A DNA stretch of 62,860 nt, filler included, from Asterionella formosa (taxonomy: Eukaryota): the NCBI GenBank assembly GCA_002256025.1. It is 20 parts of 20 records of this genome, joined end to end, with 100 filler letters (N's around TTAATTAATTAA, not from the genome) between each part and the next. Parts side by side here need not be neighbours in the genome. Positions count along the whole stretch, not along the records: positions 50,140 to 51,871 come from NKIB01001342.1; positions 51,972 to 53,703 come from NKIB01001343.1; positions 53,804 to 55,535 come from NKIB01001344.1; positions 55,636 to 57,367 come from NKIB01001345.1; positions 57,468 to 59,198 come from NKIB01001347.1; positions 59,299 to 61,029 come from NKIB01001348.1; positions 61,130 to 62,860 come from NKIB01001349.1; 13 more parts are not named here. One strand, 5' to 3'. The notes under the pieces were generated by a model that ran no database searches, had not been told where the DNA came from, and worked only from the letters and a program-made list of their open reading frames with translations. Within the stretch, counting starts at the first letter, position 1. Each line of letters opens with the position of its first letter. A program made the translations under genes and the position numbers. Positions 50,040 through 62,600 of the stretch are shown here, one piece after another.

Positions 50040-50559
50040 NNNNNNNNNNNNNNNNNNNNNNNNNNNNNNNNNNNNNNNNNNNNTTAATTAATTAANNNNN
50101 NNNNNNNNNNNNNNNNNNNNNNNNNNNNNNNNNNNNNNNTACTGTACATCATACATTCAGTAATTCTATTTATGGGCGACGAACACATTACGCGTGGAAA
50201 GCCAACACTCTGCAGCAAGCAAGATACGGTATATTTTCTCGAAGGCAGATCACATGGATTCCTGTGTATGCATACCTGTACCGCCGCTCAATGCTACCTG
50301 GTATCCTAGACCGTTCGAATACGTATGACTACTTACCTGTGACATACCTGGGACTACGGTAGAATAGGAAAGAACAAACTCGAATTTCAGGGAAGCACCA
50401 TTGAACTCGAACAAGAACTAAAGATTGCTGGGGATGGGGTTCTGATCGATTGAATTTGAAGTACGACCACTGTATTAACGCACACATTTTATCGACCATC
50501 ATCGACTACAATCACCGCACCTATATCTACCAATCAAAACATCAATCCCAACAGAAAAC

Positions 50560-51516
50560 ATGGAAAACAAATCAATCAAAAAAGCCATCCTCCGCATTGA
50601 AGGCCCAGATACAAAGGGTATCGTAGCCGCTTTTGCCCAGCTCCTTTATGGTCACGGATGTGGTATTATAGATGCCGAGCAGCACACGGATATTGGAGCC
50701 AATCGATTCTTTCAGCGCATCGTCTTTGAGTACGGTACAATGCACACCGATCGTATCTCTCTGGAAAAGGGGATAAGTGAAGTGTGTGCGAGATTCCAGA
50801 TGAAGAGCCAATTAAGTTGGGGAGATTCCAAAAAGAAGATTTGGTAAGCTGAGTGGACTATTGTTTCTGTTCGTTTAATCATTTCCTTTCCACATACTCA
50901 TCAGACTTCCCTCGTTTTCTATGGATGCAGTATTATGGTGTCCAAATATGACCATGCCCTTTGGGAATTACTCCTTCGTCACCAAGCGGGGGAACTTCCA
51001 TGTGAGGTTGCGCTTATTATCTCCAACCACGACGATTTGCGCCATATTGCGGACCAATTCAACATCCGGTTCGAAGTATTTGCCATTACCAGCAGCAGTA
51101 AGCGTGCCCAAGAAGACGCTGAATTGGCGCTCATGAAGGAACTTGGTGTTGAACTTGTCGTTCTGGCCCGGTATATGCAGATCATTACTGACGAGTTTTG
51201 CAATGCCTTTCAATATGCGGTGATCAATATTCATCACAGCTTTTTGCCTGCATTTATTGGGTCAAAACCCTATCATCGAGCCCATGCTCGTGGAGTCAAG
51301 TTGGTGGGTGCTACCGCTCATTACGCCACAGCGGATTTAGATGAAGGTCCCATTATTGAACAAGATGTCGACCGAATCTCCCACCGTCATACCGTTGATG
51401 ACTTGTTGGCAAAGGGACGCGTCTTGGAACGTCATGTTCTGGTGCAGGCTGTAAAGGCACATTTAGAAGATAGGATTGTTGTGTATGAGAACAAATGTGT
51501 CGTTTTCGGAAATTAA
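50560..51516 (+). CDS. purU: Formyltetrahydrofolate deformylase; 2 exons (50560-50843, 50931-51516)
   Basis: ACT domain GPDTKGIVA, then MVSKYDHAL, VLARYMQI, INIHHSFLPAFIGSKPYHRA and LDEGPIIEQ. 87-nt GT-AG intron. Confidence 0.95.
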
Positions 51517-52078
51517 AACTCAACTGCTAGAGCCTGAAATGAAATGAATAATTGGAGGACTGAATTGGCAGCTGCTTGAATATTTCGCGATGACAAGAAG
51601 AGTCATAAATGTACTATGAACTGTAATGATTATTTATCTGTTCTTGTATGGCACACCAGTTTAGCTTTGTAAATCGATTCCCAAGTTGACACTCACCACG
51701 AAAAAGGAAGAAATTCCAAGATTTGATATTATGCTAGAAATGTACGATGAGGCGAATGTCATCGATGTACCGGTATTTATTGGCTTGCACCCAGTCGAAA
51801 GTCAAGCAGTGAAGAGAAATACATAAATATATTCATGTATGAATTAAACTACATGATTCCTTTTTTTTTGGNNNNNNNNNNNNNNNNNNNNNNNNNNNNN
51901 NNNNNNNNNNNNNNNTTAATTAATTAANNNNNNNNNNNNNNNNNNNNNNNNNNNNNNNNNNNNNNNNNNNNCAACAGGTGTTAGTCAAGTTCTGATATAT
52001 TTGATATAACCCTAACCCGATATACATCTGTATCAATGTGCAGGATCGCTCGCTCTCCCACACTTAGGGGAAAACCTT

Positions 52079-53703
52079 TTACCTATGAAAAGGTTTGACA
52101 CGACGAATATTAATTCGTTCTATAATACGCTTAGTGCGTTGAAAAGTAACTGTACCATTGGCATGAACTTGAATAATAGTATAAGGACCTCGTCCACGAT
52201 CATCCAAAGTAGTAGGACTATCCAAAAGTATTAAGATCTCATCACCCACTTTGTAATCATAAGATCGACGACGGAAATTAACACGATGTAAGCGTTCGTC
52301 GATTATAACTTGTCGATGTTGATGTATCAATTGTAAATCTGTAATTAAAGGAATTTTTAATATCATATCACATTGAAAAACCCATGCTCCTGGTGAAATA
52401 CGTGATATACTATGAATAGTAGCTCCACCTGCATATGACGCAGCTGCAAAACATGTATCCACAATATTTTGGGCTTGAAATTCATTGATTGGAGGATGAG
52501 CCTTTAACATAGTAACTCGTAGACTATTGCTGATAGATTGATGTAAACGTTCACAGATAGCATTTGCTTGTGGATTCTTTACTGTAGTAGTCACATCTTT
52601 GATTCCATTCAATAGTACTAACATGTGTAAGAAAGGAGCACCAGTAAATTCACCTCCATGGTCATGTATACAACGTTCTGGACGGGGATATCTGGCTAAC
52701 CAATCATTTTCAAATTTCATTGCAATATATTCTGATGTTTTATTGGTGATACGTGTGCCAAATTGGTGACTGTGTCAATACAAGTTAGAGCACGAAATTC
52801 AATCGTTTGAGCAGCCACTGTTATCTTCCATGGACCAATTAGATCTACTGCGACTTCTGACCATGGTAATAATAATGCATTCCTGGGTGTAAGTTCACCA
52901 AAACCAGTACCAGGTAATTTTGTACATTGACATGCTTCACATACTCTTACAATATGTTCCACTCTTGCTTTTAATATAGGGTGATAAAAATGTGAAGCGA
53001 TTGTAGCATTTAATCTTGTCATACCCACATGAGCTAACATCTGATGATACCAATTAATAATAGGATCCAATAATGATGTAGGAATAGCAATACGCCAAGT
53101 ATCTCCTGGATTCTTCACAAAACATATTAAAAATATGTCATGAACATTGATAGAGGGAAATTTTAACGGATATGTTTGTTGATTGAGAATCAATTGTATA
53201 TCATGTATTAAATTGTAATCCAGAGGATATTGAATATTGTCTGTCAAGATTGGATGATTAAGGAAACAGGTAAGCAAAGGTTCATCATCTAATTCAATTG
53301 AAAAGGTAGAAATGGATGTTGATGCTGGAGATTTCGGTCCAATATCATCCCCCACCAAAGACTCAAGCCTCGGGAGGCGAGAGATGCAATCTGCAATAGC
53401 ATTGTCAGTCCTTTTCACATAGTGAAAAGTAGGATGATATTCTTCAATATAAAGTCTCCATCTTAGAACACGTTGAGTATGTAAATTATTATAAATAAGA
53501 TTTCGAGGATCAGTGTGAACATGGTGTAGAACTGCACCCAATAACATAGAGCGAAATTCTTTGAAAGTTTCTACCACAGAAAGTAATTCATTTTCAATAG
53601 TAGTATAATTCTTTTGAGCAGCAGATAATTTGCGAGAATAATAAGCAACTGGGAGATCATTTTGCATAATGACCGACCCTAATTGATAATCAGAGGCATC
53701 AGT
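52079..53703 (-). mobile_element. Ty3/gypsy RNase H-integrase fragment, degenerate
   Basis: TDASDYQLG, PVAYYSRKL, NYTTIENELL, HHCC (H..AHVG..CEAC), AVDLIGPW, DHGGEFTG, NPQANAICER and a GPY motif. Frameshift near 52720. Confidence 0.92.
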
Positions 53704-53803
53704 NNNNNNNNNNNNNNNNNNNNNNNNNNNNNNNNNNNNNNNNNNNNTTAATTAATTAANNNNNNNNNNNNNNNNNNNNNNNNNNNNNNNNNNNNNNNNN
53801 NNN

Positions 53804-55457
53804 CAGAGTGCCTTTTGGATGCCCACCCTGAAGCTGCTTCAAATACTAATAACTATGGCAACTTGGCGCTGCACTTTACTGCCTGGAAGAAGGGTCCTTT
53901 GGATGTGGAAAAACTCTTGTTGAAGGTATTCCCTGAGGGTGCTGCTTGCAAGAACAATCACGGAAACTTGCCACTCCACTACGCTGCCCACTACAATGCT
54001 CCTTTAGAAGTTGTCGAAGCCCTGTATAACGCATACCCTCAGGGTGCGCAGCAGAAGAATAACGATAATAATACTCCACTCGATCTGGCCATTGCTGACG
54101 GTGCATCGCCAAATGTCGTGGCCTTGCTTCAGGGCAAGTCTGTGCCTCCAACTGATGATGAAATCTTGGAGTCTGCCAAGAGTAAATGCGAACGTATGGA
54201 AAAGGAGCTTCAGCGATCCATGGAGAAACACGACACTTCAAATGGAGATTTGGAAAAGGTCTTGTCCATGTTGATGGATATTCGCGATGCTTACCCACAT
54301 GCTTTGTATTCGGCTGGAATCGATCCTACATCATGCGGTGATATGGATGCTCTTCTAGAACAGGTATGTACCGCTCGTCACTTGTCACACATGATTGTCC
54401 GATGGTGCTTATGGGGTAGCCATCTAACATATATTCGTATTTTTCATAGGTCCGCAAGGCCGGAGCTGACGAAGCGGCCCGAAACTTGGGAGAAGGAGGA
54501 GGAGACGAATCGTCCATGTACAATCGTTCCGACCCTCGAGACGACGAGGAGGAAGTTCAACTAGTCGAGGAAGCTCTTTGTCCACCAGACGACGATGTTG
54601 AAGTCGCTCTTTCCAAAATTATTGGTCTTGAGGCAGTCAAGAACCAAGTTCGGGGCCTTCGCCGTACTTTGGAATTGGAAAGCTCCAACCGTATTGTCCC
54701 TCGCCATATTTCTTTTGTGGGAAGTCCTGGATCAGGAAAAACGACTGTGGCCCGTATGCTAGTCCCTGTTTTGTACAAGATGGGGGCTGTCAAGACACCC
54801 AACTTTGTCGAAGCTGGTCGCGAAGATTTCGTTGACAAGAAATCGGAAGCTCGTACGATCGCGAAGACTCGCAAGCTCCTTGAGAAGGCTTCTGGTGGAG
54901 TTCTCTATATTGACGAGGCCTACACTATGCTTCCTTCAACAGGTCGTCCTCGTGGACGTGATCATGGCGGTGTGGCACTTCGTGAGATTGCTCGTGCCCT
55001 TCCCAGTGGATCGCCAATGGTGATTTTGACTGGTTCCTCATTGGAACTCCAACGCATTCTTTCCAGTGATATTGGTTTTAAGGGTCACTTTTTAACGCGC
55101 ATAGAATTCCCTGACCCAACCCCATCCCAGGTGGCGCGCATGTTTATGGCCAAGCTGGCTCAAAAAGGTTTGGTTGCTGGCGACGGCTTAACAGTTTCCT
55201 TCCTCGCTGAATTGATTGAGAACAATACTGACGAAGACTGGAGACTCGATCGAAATGGCCGAATGAGTGATTTGTTGTTGCAAGGGGTCCGTGCTGAAAT
55301 GCGCAAGCGATTGCATACTAGTGATGAAGTGTCTCGCATGAGTTCGAGCCCAATGAAGCTCTTGTTGCCTGGATCCCAGCGTATGCCTTCGTCATCACCA
55401 GAAGAAATTTTTGTTACTGTGGAAGATGTTCAGAACGCTATTGTGAATGGAATGTAA
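53804..55457 (+). CDS. Ankyrin-repeat + coiled-coil + CbbX/SpoVK-like AAA+ ATPase (5'-truncated); intron 54364-54449
   Basis: Ankyrin repeats GNLALHFTA, GNLPLHYAA and NTPLDLAI. The splice gives LEQ-VRKAGADEAARNLGEGG. IIGLEAVK, Walker A GSPGSGKT and Walker B GGVLYIDEAY. Confidence 0.88.
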
Positions 55458-55635
55458 CAAAGCGTGGTTTTTGTTGAATCATAGCTTGAATGTGTTCAGA
55501 AAGAAAGATAAAGAGTCCAATCCTGTCTCACAATGNNNNNNNNNNNNNNNNNNNNNNNNNNNNNNNNNNNNNNNNNNNNTTAATTAATTAANNNNNNNNN
55601 NNNNNNNNNNNNNNNNNNNNNNNNNNNNNNNNNNN

Positions 55636-56877
55636 AAATTGGCAAGCCCTGGGTCACTCTCCACTTCTTTGCCTAACTCCGGTTTCACTGTGTATAGCCG
55701 AGATAGGCAAGCAACATTGGGCAAACCAATCCTGTTTGTGATTGGAAATGCCTTTCATACTAAGCGTTACACTGAAACAACAGACTCTGCTTTTCTTGAT
55801 CAAGAGCAACCGAAGAATCGGGCAAAGACCAAAATGGACACACGCACCAGTTTCCAAAAATATCTAAACTGGCAAAAATCAACACCCAACACTTGTACCA
55901 GCACCAGAAATGTATTTTCGAAACTATACTATACTTCGAACAAAGTGCTAGATATATCAATAGTCATTTGGAAAGGTAAAGCGATCGTGATATTCCAAAA
56001 TTGTCAAAATACTACAGATCTGGGATGACAGCTTTGTCGAAAATGTCAGGGCAAGATGGGTTCAGAGAACATGCACCTAGAAAAGGATTTCACATTGCTG
56101 TTATGGTTATGTATATCTATCAATGACACTTTATTCATACCACAGTATACATCAACATGTGTTGATATTTTAGAGGAAAGGGTAAAGAGAGGATTTATGT
56201 CAGTTACTAAGATTATGATTGGTCCCCAATGGGAAATGATATCTCAAATTGGGTTACGAATGGCAAAATGTCACAGAATGAAACATTACCCTCATCTGAT
56301 TAGGAAGTTCGGATCTCCTTTTAATTTCTTTGGTGGATATTTGGAGTCTTTTTTGAAAGACAAATTGAAACGACCCAGTAAGCGTGTCAACGGACAATTA
56401 CATCGATTAAAGCATGACATTTTAACAAGGTCATCTGAAACAAGGCAGTCTGCCTTGGCACGAAAAATTGTTTTTGTAAGTGATTCATTACATACAGAAA
56501 ACAAACAAAAGAAGATGAGTAGAGAAAATACCATCAATGTAACTGAGGGTATTTCAACAGAAATTGATTTCGAAGGAATGATTCCGGATACAATGATGTT
56601 GCCTAGTAGGTCACCTGATAATTTGGGAATGTTGCCTACTAACAAGATCCATTCCCAAGCCCTTCCTGTTAAAGTTCAAGTCTCTGCTTTATCATCAAAT
56701 GGTCTATGGACTATATCAGGTGTCCCTAATAAGATTGGGCATGTATCACAGAGTAAGGATTCACCTTTGTCTTTATTGATTCATCCTGATTTACCGAAGG
56801 GGGCCAACTACGTAAAGAGCATTGCGAATTCAGCAATAGAAATAGCAAGAATCTTTGGAGTGTTTTTGGCGGACGGT
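55636..56877 (+). pseudogene. Plavaka-like transposase C-terminal fragment
   Basis: KCHRMKHYPHLIRKFGSPFNFFGGYLESFLKDKLKRPSKR resembles the K-x-H...H...I..FG...NF...E...K motif. Frameshifts upstream. Confidence 0.5.
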
Positions 56878-57060
56878 TTAATTGGCAATGCCACTGGCAG
56901 TGCTATTATCGGTGACAATACGGGTAGAAGGTTGGGGATGACCAAGCTCAACAAGAATGTTGCGAATAGCATATGCCTCTTTGCCATGATTGTGGAACAA
57001 AGCAGCTAATTCGTCCTCAGCAGCACTTGATAAAACCTCCTTAAGAATTTGACAGTGTAC
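56878..57060 (-). pseudogene. Short copia RNase H fragment
   Basis: CQILKEVLSSAAEDELAALF..RNILVELGHPQPSTRIVTDNSTASGIAN. Confidence 0.82.
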
Positions 57061-57467
57061 AAATTGTTTGATTGCAATCTGCCCTGAATTGATTGAGAAA
57101 AACAGAACGAAATGGATCTCGAGAAATATCGCGACATGATTCGTGAGGATGCAAGCAACAACCAACCCTAATGAGGACAAAATAGGTACGGAACAAAACA
57201 TTTAATATTAAATTTGAAATGCTAAACTAAATATCTATTCGAATTAGTGTGTGTTATCGACTGCAAATCTTCGGAGTGCTATTGGGCATGAATTGATGGA
57301 GAAAATCGAAGCGATGTGGTTGTTGGCAAGTGGGTGCATGAAGCATATCAACAATCATCCTTACCATNNNNNNNNNNNNNNNNNNNNNNNNNNNNNNNNN
57401 NNNNNNNNNNNTTAATTAATTAANNNNNNNNNNNNNNNNNNNNNNNNNNNNNNNNNNNNNNNNNNNN

Positions 57468-58358
57468 GAAGGTGCCATAGGCCGACGGGAAGCTGCCGCC
57501 GAAGGCCACGCCTTGGTCAAACAGCGGGCGCGGGCCGCCGGTGATGTTCTTCACCACCGACAGGTACTTCAGGCCCGTGGCCGTGGGCACTGACGGGAAG
57601 GTGGTGAACAAGGTGGCGGTCACCGCCGTGCCGATGTCGGCCCACTTGGCCGTGTCATAGGCGGCCTGGCCGGCCAGGGCCTGGGCCGTGACCTGCATGG
57701 CGGCGAACTGGTTGAACAGCTCGGCATCGCCCATCACGCCGCACATGGGCACGGCGCCGTGGTACTTGACCTTGTTCTTGGCGGTGGCGGCGGCCTCGGC
57801 CTCGATGGCGGCGCCGGTGATGTGGCCGCCCATCGAGTGGCCGGTGATGTAGGTGCGGGTGGGCGCGGCCAGCACGCGGCCGTTGTTGGCGGCAATCTTG
57901 TTGAACTCCAGCGCCAGGGCGTTGGTGTCTTCAACACCGACACGCACGTCGTAGTAGTTCTTGCTGTAGCTGGACGCCGCCCAGGCGTAGCCGTTCTGCA
58001 CCAGCCAGCGGCGGATCGACGGGTTGCTCACACCCAGCGCGGCGCCAGTGCCGGCGTAGCCGTGGGCGTACATCACCAGCTTGCCGTTCCAGTTGGCGGG
58101 CACCTCCACGCGGTAGGCGGCGCCGTTGAGCACACCGGCCCAGCGGCTGGTGGTGCCCATGGCCACCACATCGCTCGGGTCGTCGGCCATCGCGGTGAAG
58201 GTGGTGGCCGCGGTGGCGGTGAAGGGGCGGCTGTCCTGGGGGCGTGTCTCGTCGGGCTCGGGCGGGGCGGTGGTGCCGCCGTCACCGCCGCCGCAGGCGG
58301 CGATCAGCAGGGTGGCCGCCAGGGCCAGGGTGGTCGGAAGGGAAGGAAATTTCTGCAT
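57468..58358 (-). CDS. Bacterial lipoprotein alpha/beta hydrolase (3'-truncated)
   Basis: GGAG RBS before the ATG at 58358. Lipobox LIAAC, WNGKLVMYAHGY and nucleophile elbow GHSMGG. Very high GC. Confidence 0.85.
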
Positions 58359-58534
58359 GTTTGTCTCCAGTTCGCAGGTCAGGCTGGCCGGCGCCGGGCG
58401 AGATCGCCATGCAGCAGCTGGTCCTGTGCGCAGCGTATCGGCGCGCGGCTCGCAGCAGCAGGCGTGCTTTCCCCTGTGCCCTTGTCGCAGCAGGGACAAA
58501 GCCCCTGCGCCAAGGTCCGGCGCCCGCCGTGCCG

Positions 58535-59198
58535 TCAGACCACCTCGACACCCGCCGCCGGGGGCTGCGCATACAGCGCCTGCACCAGCGCGTCGCGCCG
58601 GGCCAGCGTGGCGCGCTGGTTCACATAGCCCTTGTCGGTGATCTCGCCGCCGTCGATGGACGGTGGCTCGGTCATCAGCACGAAGCGCGCCACCCGGCGC
58701 GACGAGCCGCCTGCGCTGGCGTTGAAGGCCGCCAGGCGCGCGCGCAGGATGGCCGCCAGCTTCTCCAGCGGCGTGCCGGGCGCCGGGTCGTCGGCCAGCA
58801 GCTTCAGCCCGGCCGCGCTGGGCCAGCACAGGGCGCCGGCAAAGGGGCGGTCCTGGCCGGTGATCACCGCATCAAGCACGTAGGGGCTGCAGGCGGCCAC
58901 CAGGGCGGGGCGCAGCGTGCCCACGCTGACCCAGGTGCCACTGTCGAGCTTGAAGTCCTCGGTCACCCGGCCGTCGAACACCAGGCCATGGGCCGGGTCG
59001 GCCTCGTCGACAAAGCGGGCCGCGTCGCCCAGCTTGTAGAAGCCTTCTTCGTCGAACGCCTCGGCCGTGCGCTGGGCATCGGCGATGTAGCCGGTGGTGA
59101 CGGTGGGGCCCTTCACCCGCACTTCGAGCTTGGCGCCGTTGGGCACCAGCTTGATCGTGATGCCCGGCAGCGGCAGGCCCCCCAGGCCCACGCGCTCG
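58535..59198 (-). CDS. fcs: Bacterial feruloyl-CoA synthase-like AMP-dependent ligase, C-terminal part
   Basis: GLPLPG..KLVP, KGPTVTTGY, FDEEGFYKLGDA, FDGRVTEDFKLDSGTWV and EPPSIDGGEITDKGYVNQRA motifs. Confidence 0.85.
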
Positions 59199-62129
59199 NN
59201 NNNNNNNNNNNNNNNNNNNNNNNNNNNNNNNNNNNNNNNNNNTTAATTAATTAANNNNNNNNNNNNNNNNNNNNNNNNNNNNNNNNNNNNNNNNNNNNGA
59301 GATTGGAATTCGCTCAGGACGACAATGTTTTCCTGACAAATTTATTTTGGGGCAGGAGTTTTCGACATGAAGCAATGATGGAATCAAAGAAGCAGGTCCG
59401 ATTGTGGATTACGAACTCTACTACCTGGTACCAGTACCGGCAAACGAGTAAACCATGCACAGGCAATACTTTTCTTGTGTAAACGTACTAAATAGCAACA
59501 TTTTCTTATTTGGAGGATTCTTTATTCGTTCAAAATATTTAATGAATTGCTTTGCAATGACGTTTTCCCTCAAAGCAAGAAACGAAAGAGGACGAGGTAA
59601 AGAATATTAGAAAATTATATACGTAAGAAAACTACATAGAAGTAGATATCAAGCAAACATGCCTACCGGTATCTTAATATATGACGCACACAATATTCAC
59701 AATACCACTGGTACTACCTAGTACCTGGTACCAGGGGTACCGCTAACCATCGCACAACTTCTAAAAAAGTCAACCGAGATGATGATGACAAACTATTTTA
59801 TCAGGATGACAAACTAATTGGGTTCTTGTCGCTTCACTGTCAAGGGCGAAATGTGGAAATGAATATGCATGCATTGATAGCGTATTCCATACTACTATGA
59901 ATGGGTAAAGAAGGAAAGTGATAGACAGATCTTCGGCGTTATTTTCCAGGGCTTTAGTTCACCCAAAAGGGTAACATTTTTGAACATGTTGTTGGTGAAA
60001 TTGAAATGGTGTTTACAATGACAACACAGAAGCACTTCGTTGACAATTAACCCGCAGTGACATTCTATAACGGAAAAATGGCATTGATCTTGGTGGGAGA
60101 AATGGATATGTCGTGATGATTGATGTAGAACTACCAAAAAATGTGAATGGAGACCTGTAGATGGAGCATTTGACAAAGTGAGCTCATCAGTACTAAGTTG
60201 TTGCGTTGGCGAACAATTCTTGACAAAAGCTAAATAGACTTCCAGTATACGGTACGCACCCTTTAAATTTTTACGCCAACACTTTGTATATGTATGAAAA
60301 TTTGCTGGTACCAGTAGTTGGGTGACAAGCAAGCATTGTCATTTGCTGACTGACGAAATATCGAGCTTCCAACTATAATGCTGGTGACCCTTCAATATTT
60401 TTTCTTTCTTTGACAAAATGGTGAACATTTCTCTCACTGTGTCGTGATGATCATGTTGAACCAATGGTGCCATAAAATAGTTTTCAAGTTTCGAATGCTT
60501 CTCAGTACCTTGTAAGCTGGAGCTCCCCTCGTCGCAATGAGAAAGAAATCAATTCCATCAAACCGTAGAACTACCCTGCAAGTATAACTTTCCATCATCG
60601 TGTTAGTTCGTTTCATATGCCTACCAAGAGTTGCTGTAACAGTATTTCTTTTCAATATAAATCTATTTACATGAATGACATGAATGAATTCACCGATGAT
60701 ACAGCACTCTTCGTGTACTTGCATATGGATGATCGGAACGCCTTGAGCGACGCCTAAATTCAGTATAGATGGTTTCAACAAGGCACCACAACAGCATGCA
60801 CCAACCCAAGATTCGATAAACTCTATGGTCGTCGGAAACTTCTTTGAAATGATAATATGTTTCAGATTCTCCCGATTTTGGTGAGAAACGGTGTTGGGAT
60901 GTCAAAATGAGCGACGGTGGTTGGGAATGGGGTTTTCTCTTGAACAGCGGTCCATTTCCATAGGACTTGGCCATGTACAATTGGGGCTGTCGTTTGGAAC
61001 GTAATCTTTGTTGTGCTGGAACAACTTGANNNNNNNNNNNNNNNNNNNNNNNNNNNNNNNNNNNNNNNNNNNNTTAATTAATTAANNNNNNNNNNNNNNN
61101 NNNNNNNNNNNNNNNNNNNNNNNNNNNNNCTTGAACAAGTTGTTGTCATGGGGCATGCGACAAAACATGCAAGAGACTGAAGAGAAGCAAACCAAGTTTC
61201 GCAGTGAAGCAGTCCCCAATGGAACCGAGCAAGTCAAGGTAGTGGGAGCCTAAAACGAAGAGTTTCTTGATGCAATGATTAATTTAACAAAAATACTACA
61301 GAGTAATAATGCAAGAAAGTTATTTATCCACTGTATTAAATCACATGATCCCTTTTTTGGTTGCAGTGTATATAAAGGTGTATATCACCACTCTACTTCA
61401 TTAAAATGCAATGATGTGTAATGTTCAATTCACTCTGCTCTCAAATTCTTGATTTTCAGCAGGAATAAAAGCTAGCTCCCACAACAAAATTCCTTGTGAT
61501 AAGCCAGATCAGACCAACTATTATCTTTTCTCCAACTCCTTGTCTTGTCTTGATGTCAAGCCTACCGGTATCAAGCAGACATTTTGAGATTACTTCGTCG
61601 TTTGATGAACAATGTTTCTAGAAGATGGCCAATTCGGCAGTGCGATACTTTTTAATTTTTTCCCAAATCTTTTCTATATTTCCCTTGGCTTTCATTGTCC
61701 TCCAATCATCATTTATCTTCTCTCATACAAGTTTAAACAGTTTTAATGTAGTATTATAACACTTGCATAAACTCGGACAGCTTTATTGTTAATGTGCTTG
61801 ATAGGGGTAGTACCAATGGTTTGGAAATGGAAGTTGTTATGACTTGGATATAGACAGTGAAGTGCAACAGGAAATCAGATTGCAATTCCAAATTGTTCAT
61901 TTCATGAAACAAAGTAAAACCAGGACTTTTTCAAAAGGGAAAGAAATTGGTAAATATCCTCTCTTATCCCACTCAACTTCAATCAATATACACCACCTAT
62001 CACCAATTTTGTTGATCCTAATGGGATTTGTAAAACAAAGTCCTTGCATGAGCCCCCCAACACTTTGATTCTCCAGCTCTTATTATTTCTTTCAACTGAG
62101 ATAAATTTATACAATTATTGACTTAAGTG

Positions 62130-62600
62130 AGTTGGCATCACTCAGCCTCACAATCTTTGGTCACTTCAAAACTAATTGGACCAACCAACCCATCTGAGAA
62201 TCAATCCTCATAGCAGCCTCTTGTAACGCCAAAATGTCCCCATCGGGGGTTCATCACCACTCATACCCCCTCTTCAGTTCCAACCACTTCTGCTTCCAAG
62301 CCAGGCAGGTGGACACTTAAAGTTAACACTGGCAACTGCAGCAGACAAGTATTATTGTCTGTTAATAACTCTCTTGGGCGTTGAAGCTAACAAAACCTCC
62401 ACTCTGCCAAATCTTACAGAATATGCCAAAATCTACGCTCTGGTCCCTTAACAGCCTACAAACATTGACAAACCTACCTCATCCTCCACAGAGGCGAACT
62501 GCACCCGAATACAATAAAATTAATGCTCCAAGACTTACAAACTTTTATTAGCTAATACTATACAGACTCAACATCATGGAATCCTAATCGAATTGAATCA
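62130..62600 (+). pseudogene. Highly degenerate APE-endonuclease region of a non-LTR retrotransposon
   Basis: Fragments across frames, QAGG-T-LKVNTGN..SLGR(stop) and SGPLTAYKH, resemble LINE endonuclease motifs. Many stops. Confidence 0.4.

Noticed and set aside
48307..59198. LRR / purU / ankyrin-AAA / fcs as a gene cluster or defence system
   Set aside because: Each lies on a separate contig ordered only by length.
57420..59254. Long overlapping ORFs (57759-58628, 58244-59254 and the 5' extension of 57420-58829)
   Set aside because: Shadow frames caused by high GC. The real genes are 58358-57468 and 59198-58535.
59895..61029. Minus-strand ORF fragments as a gene or Helitron Rep
   Set aside because: No motif recognised in any frame.
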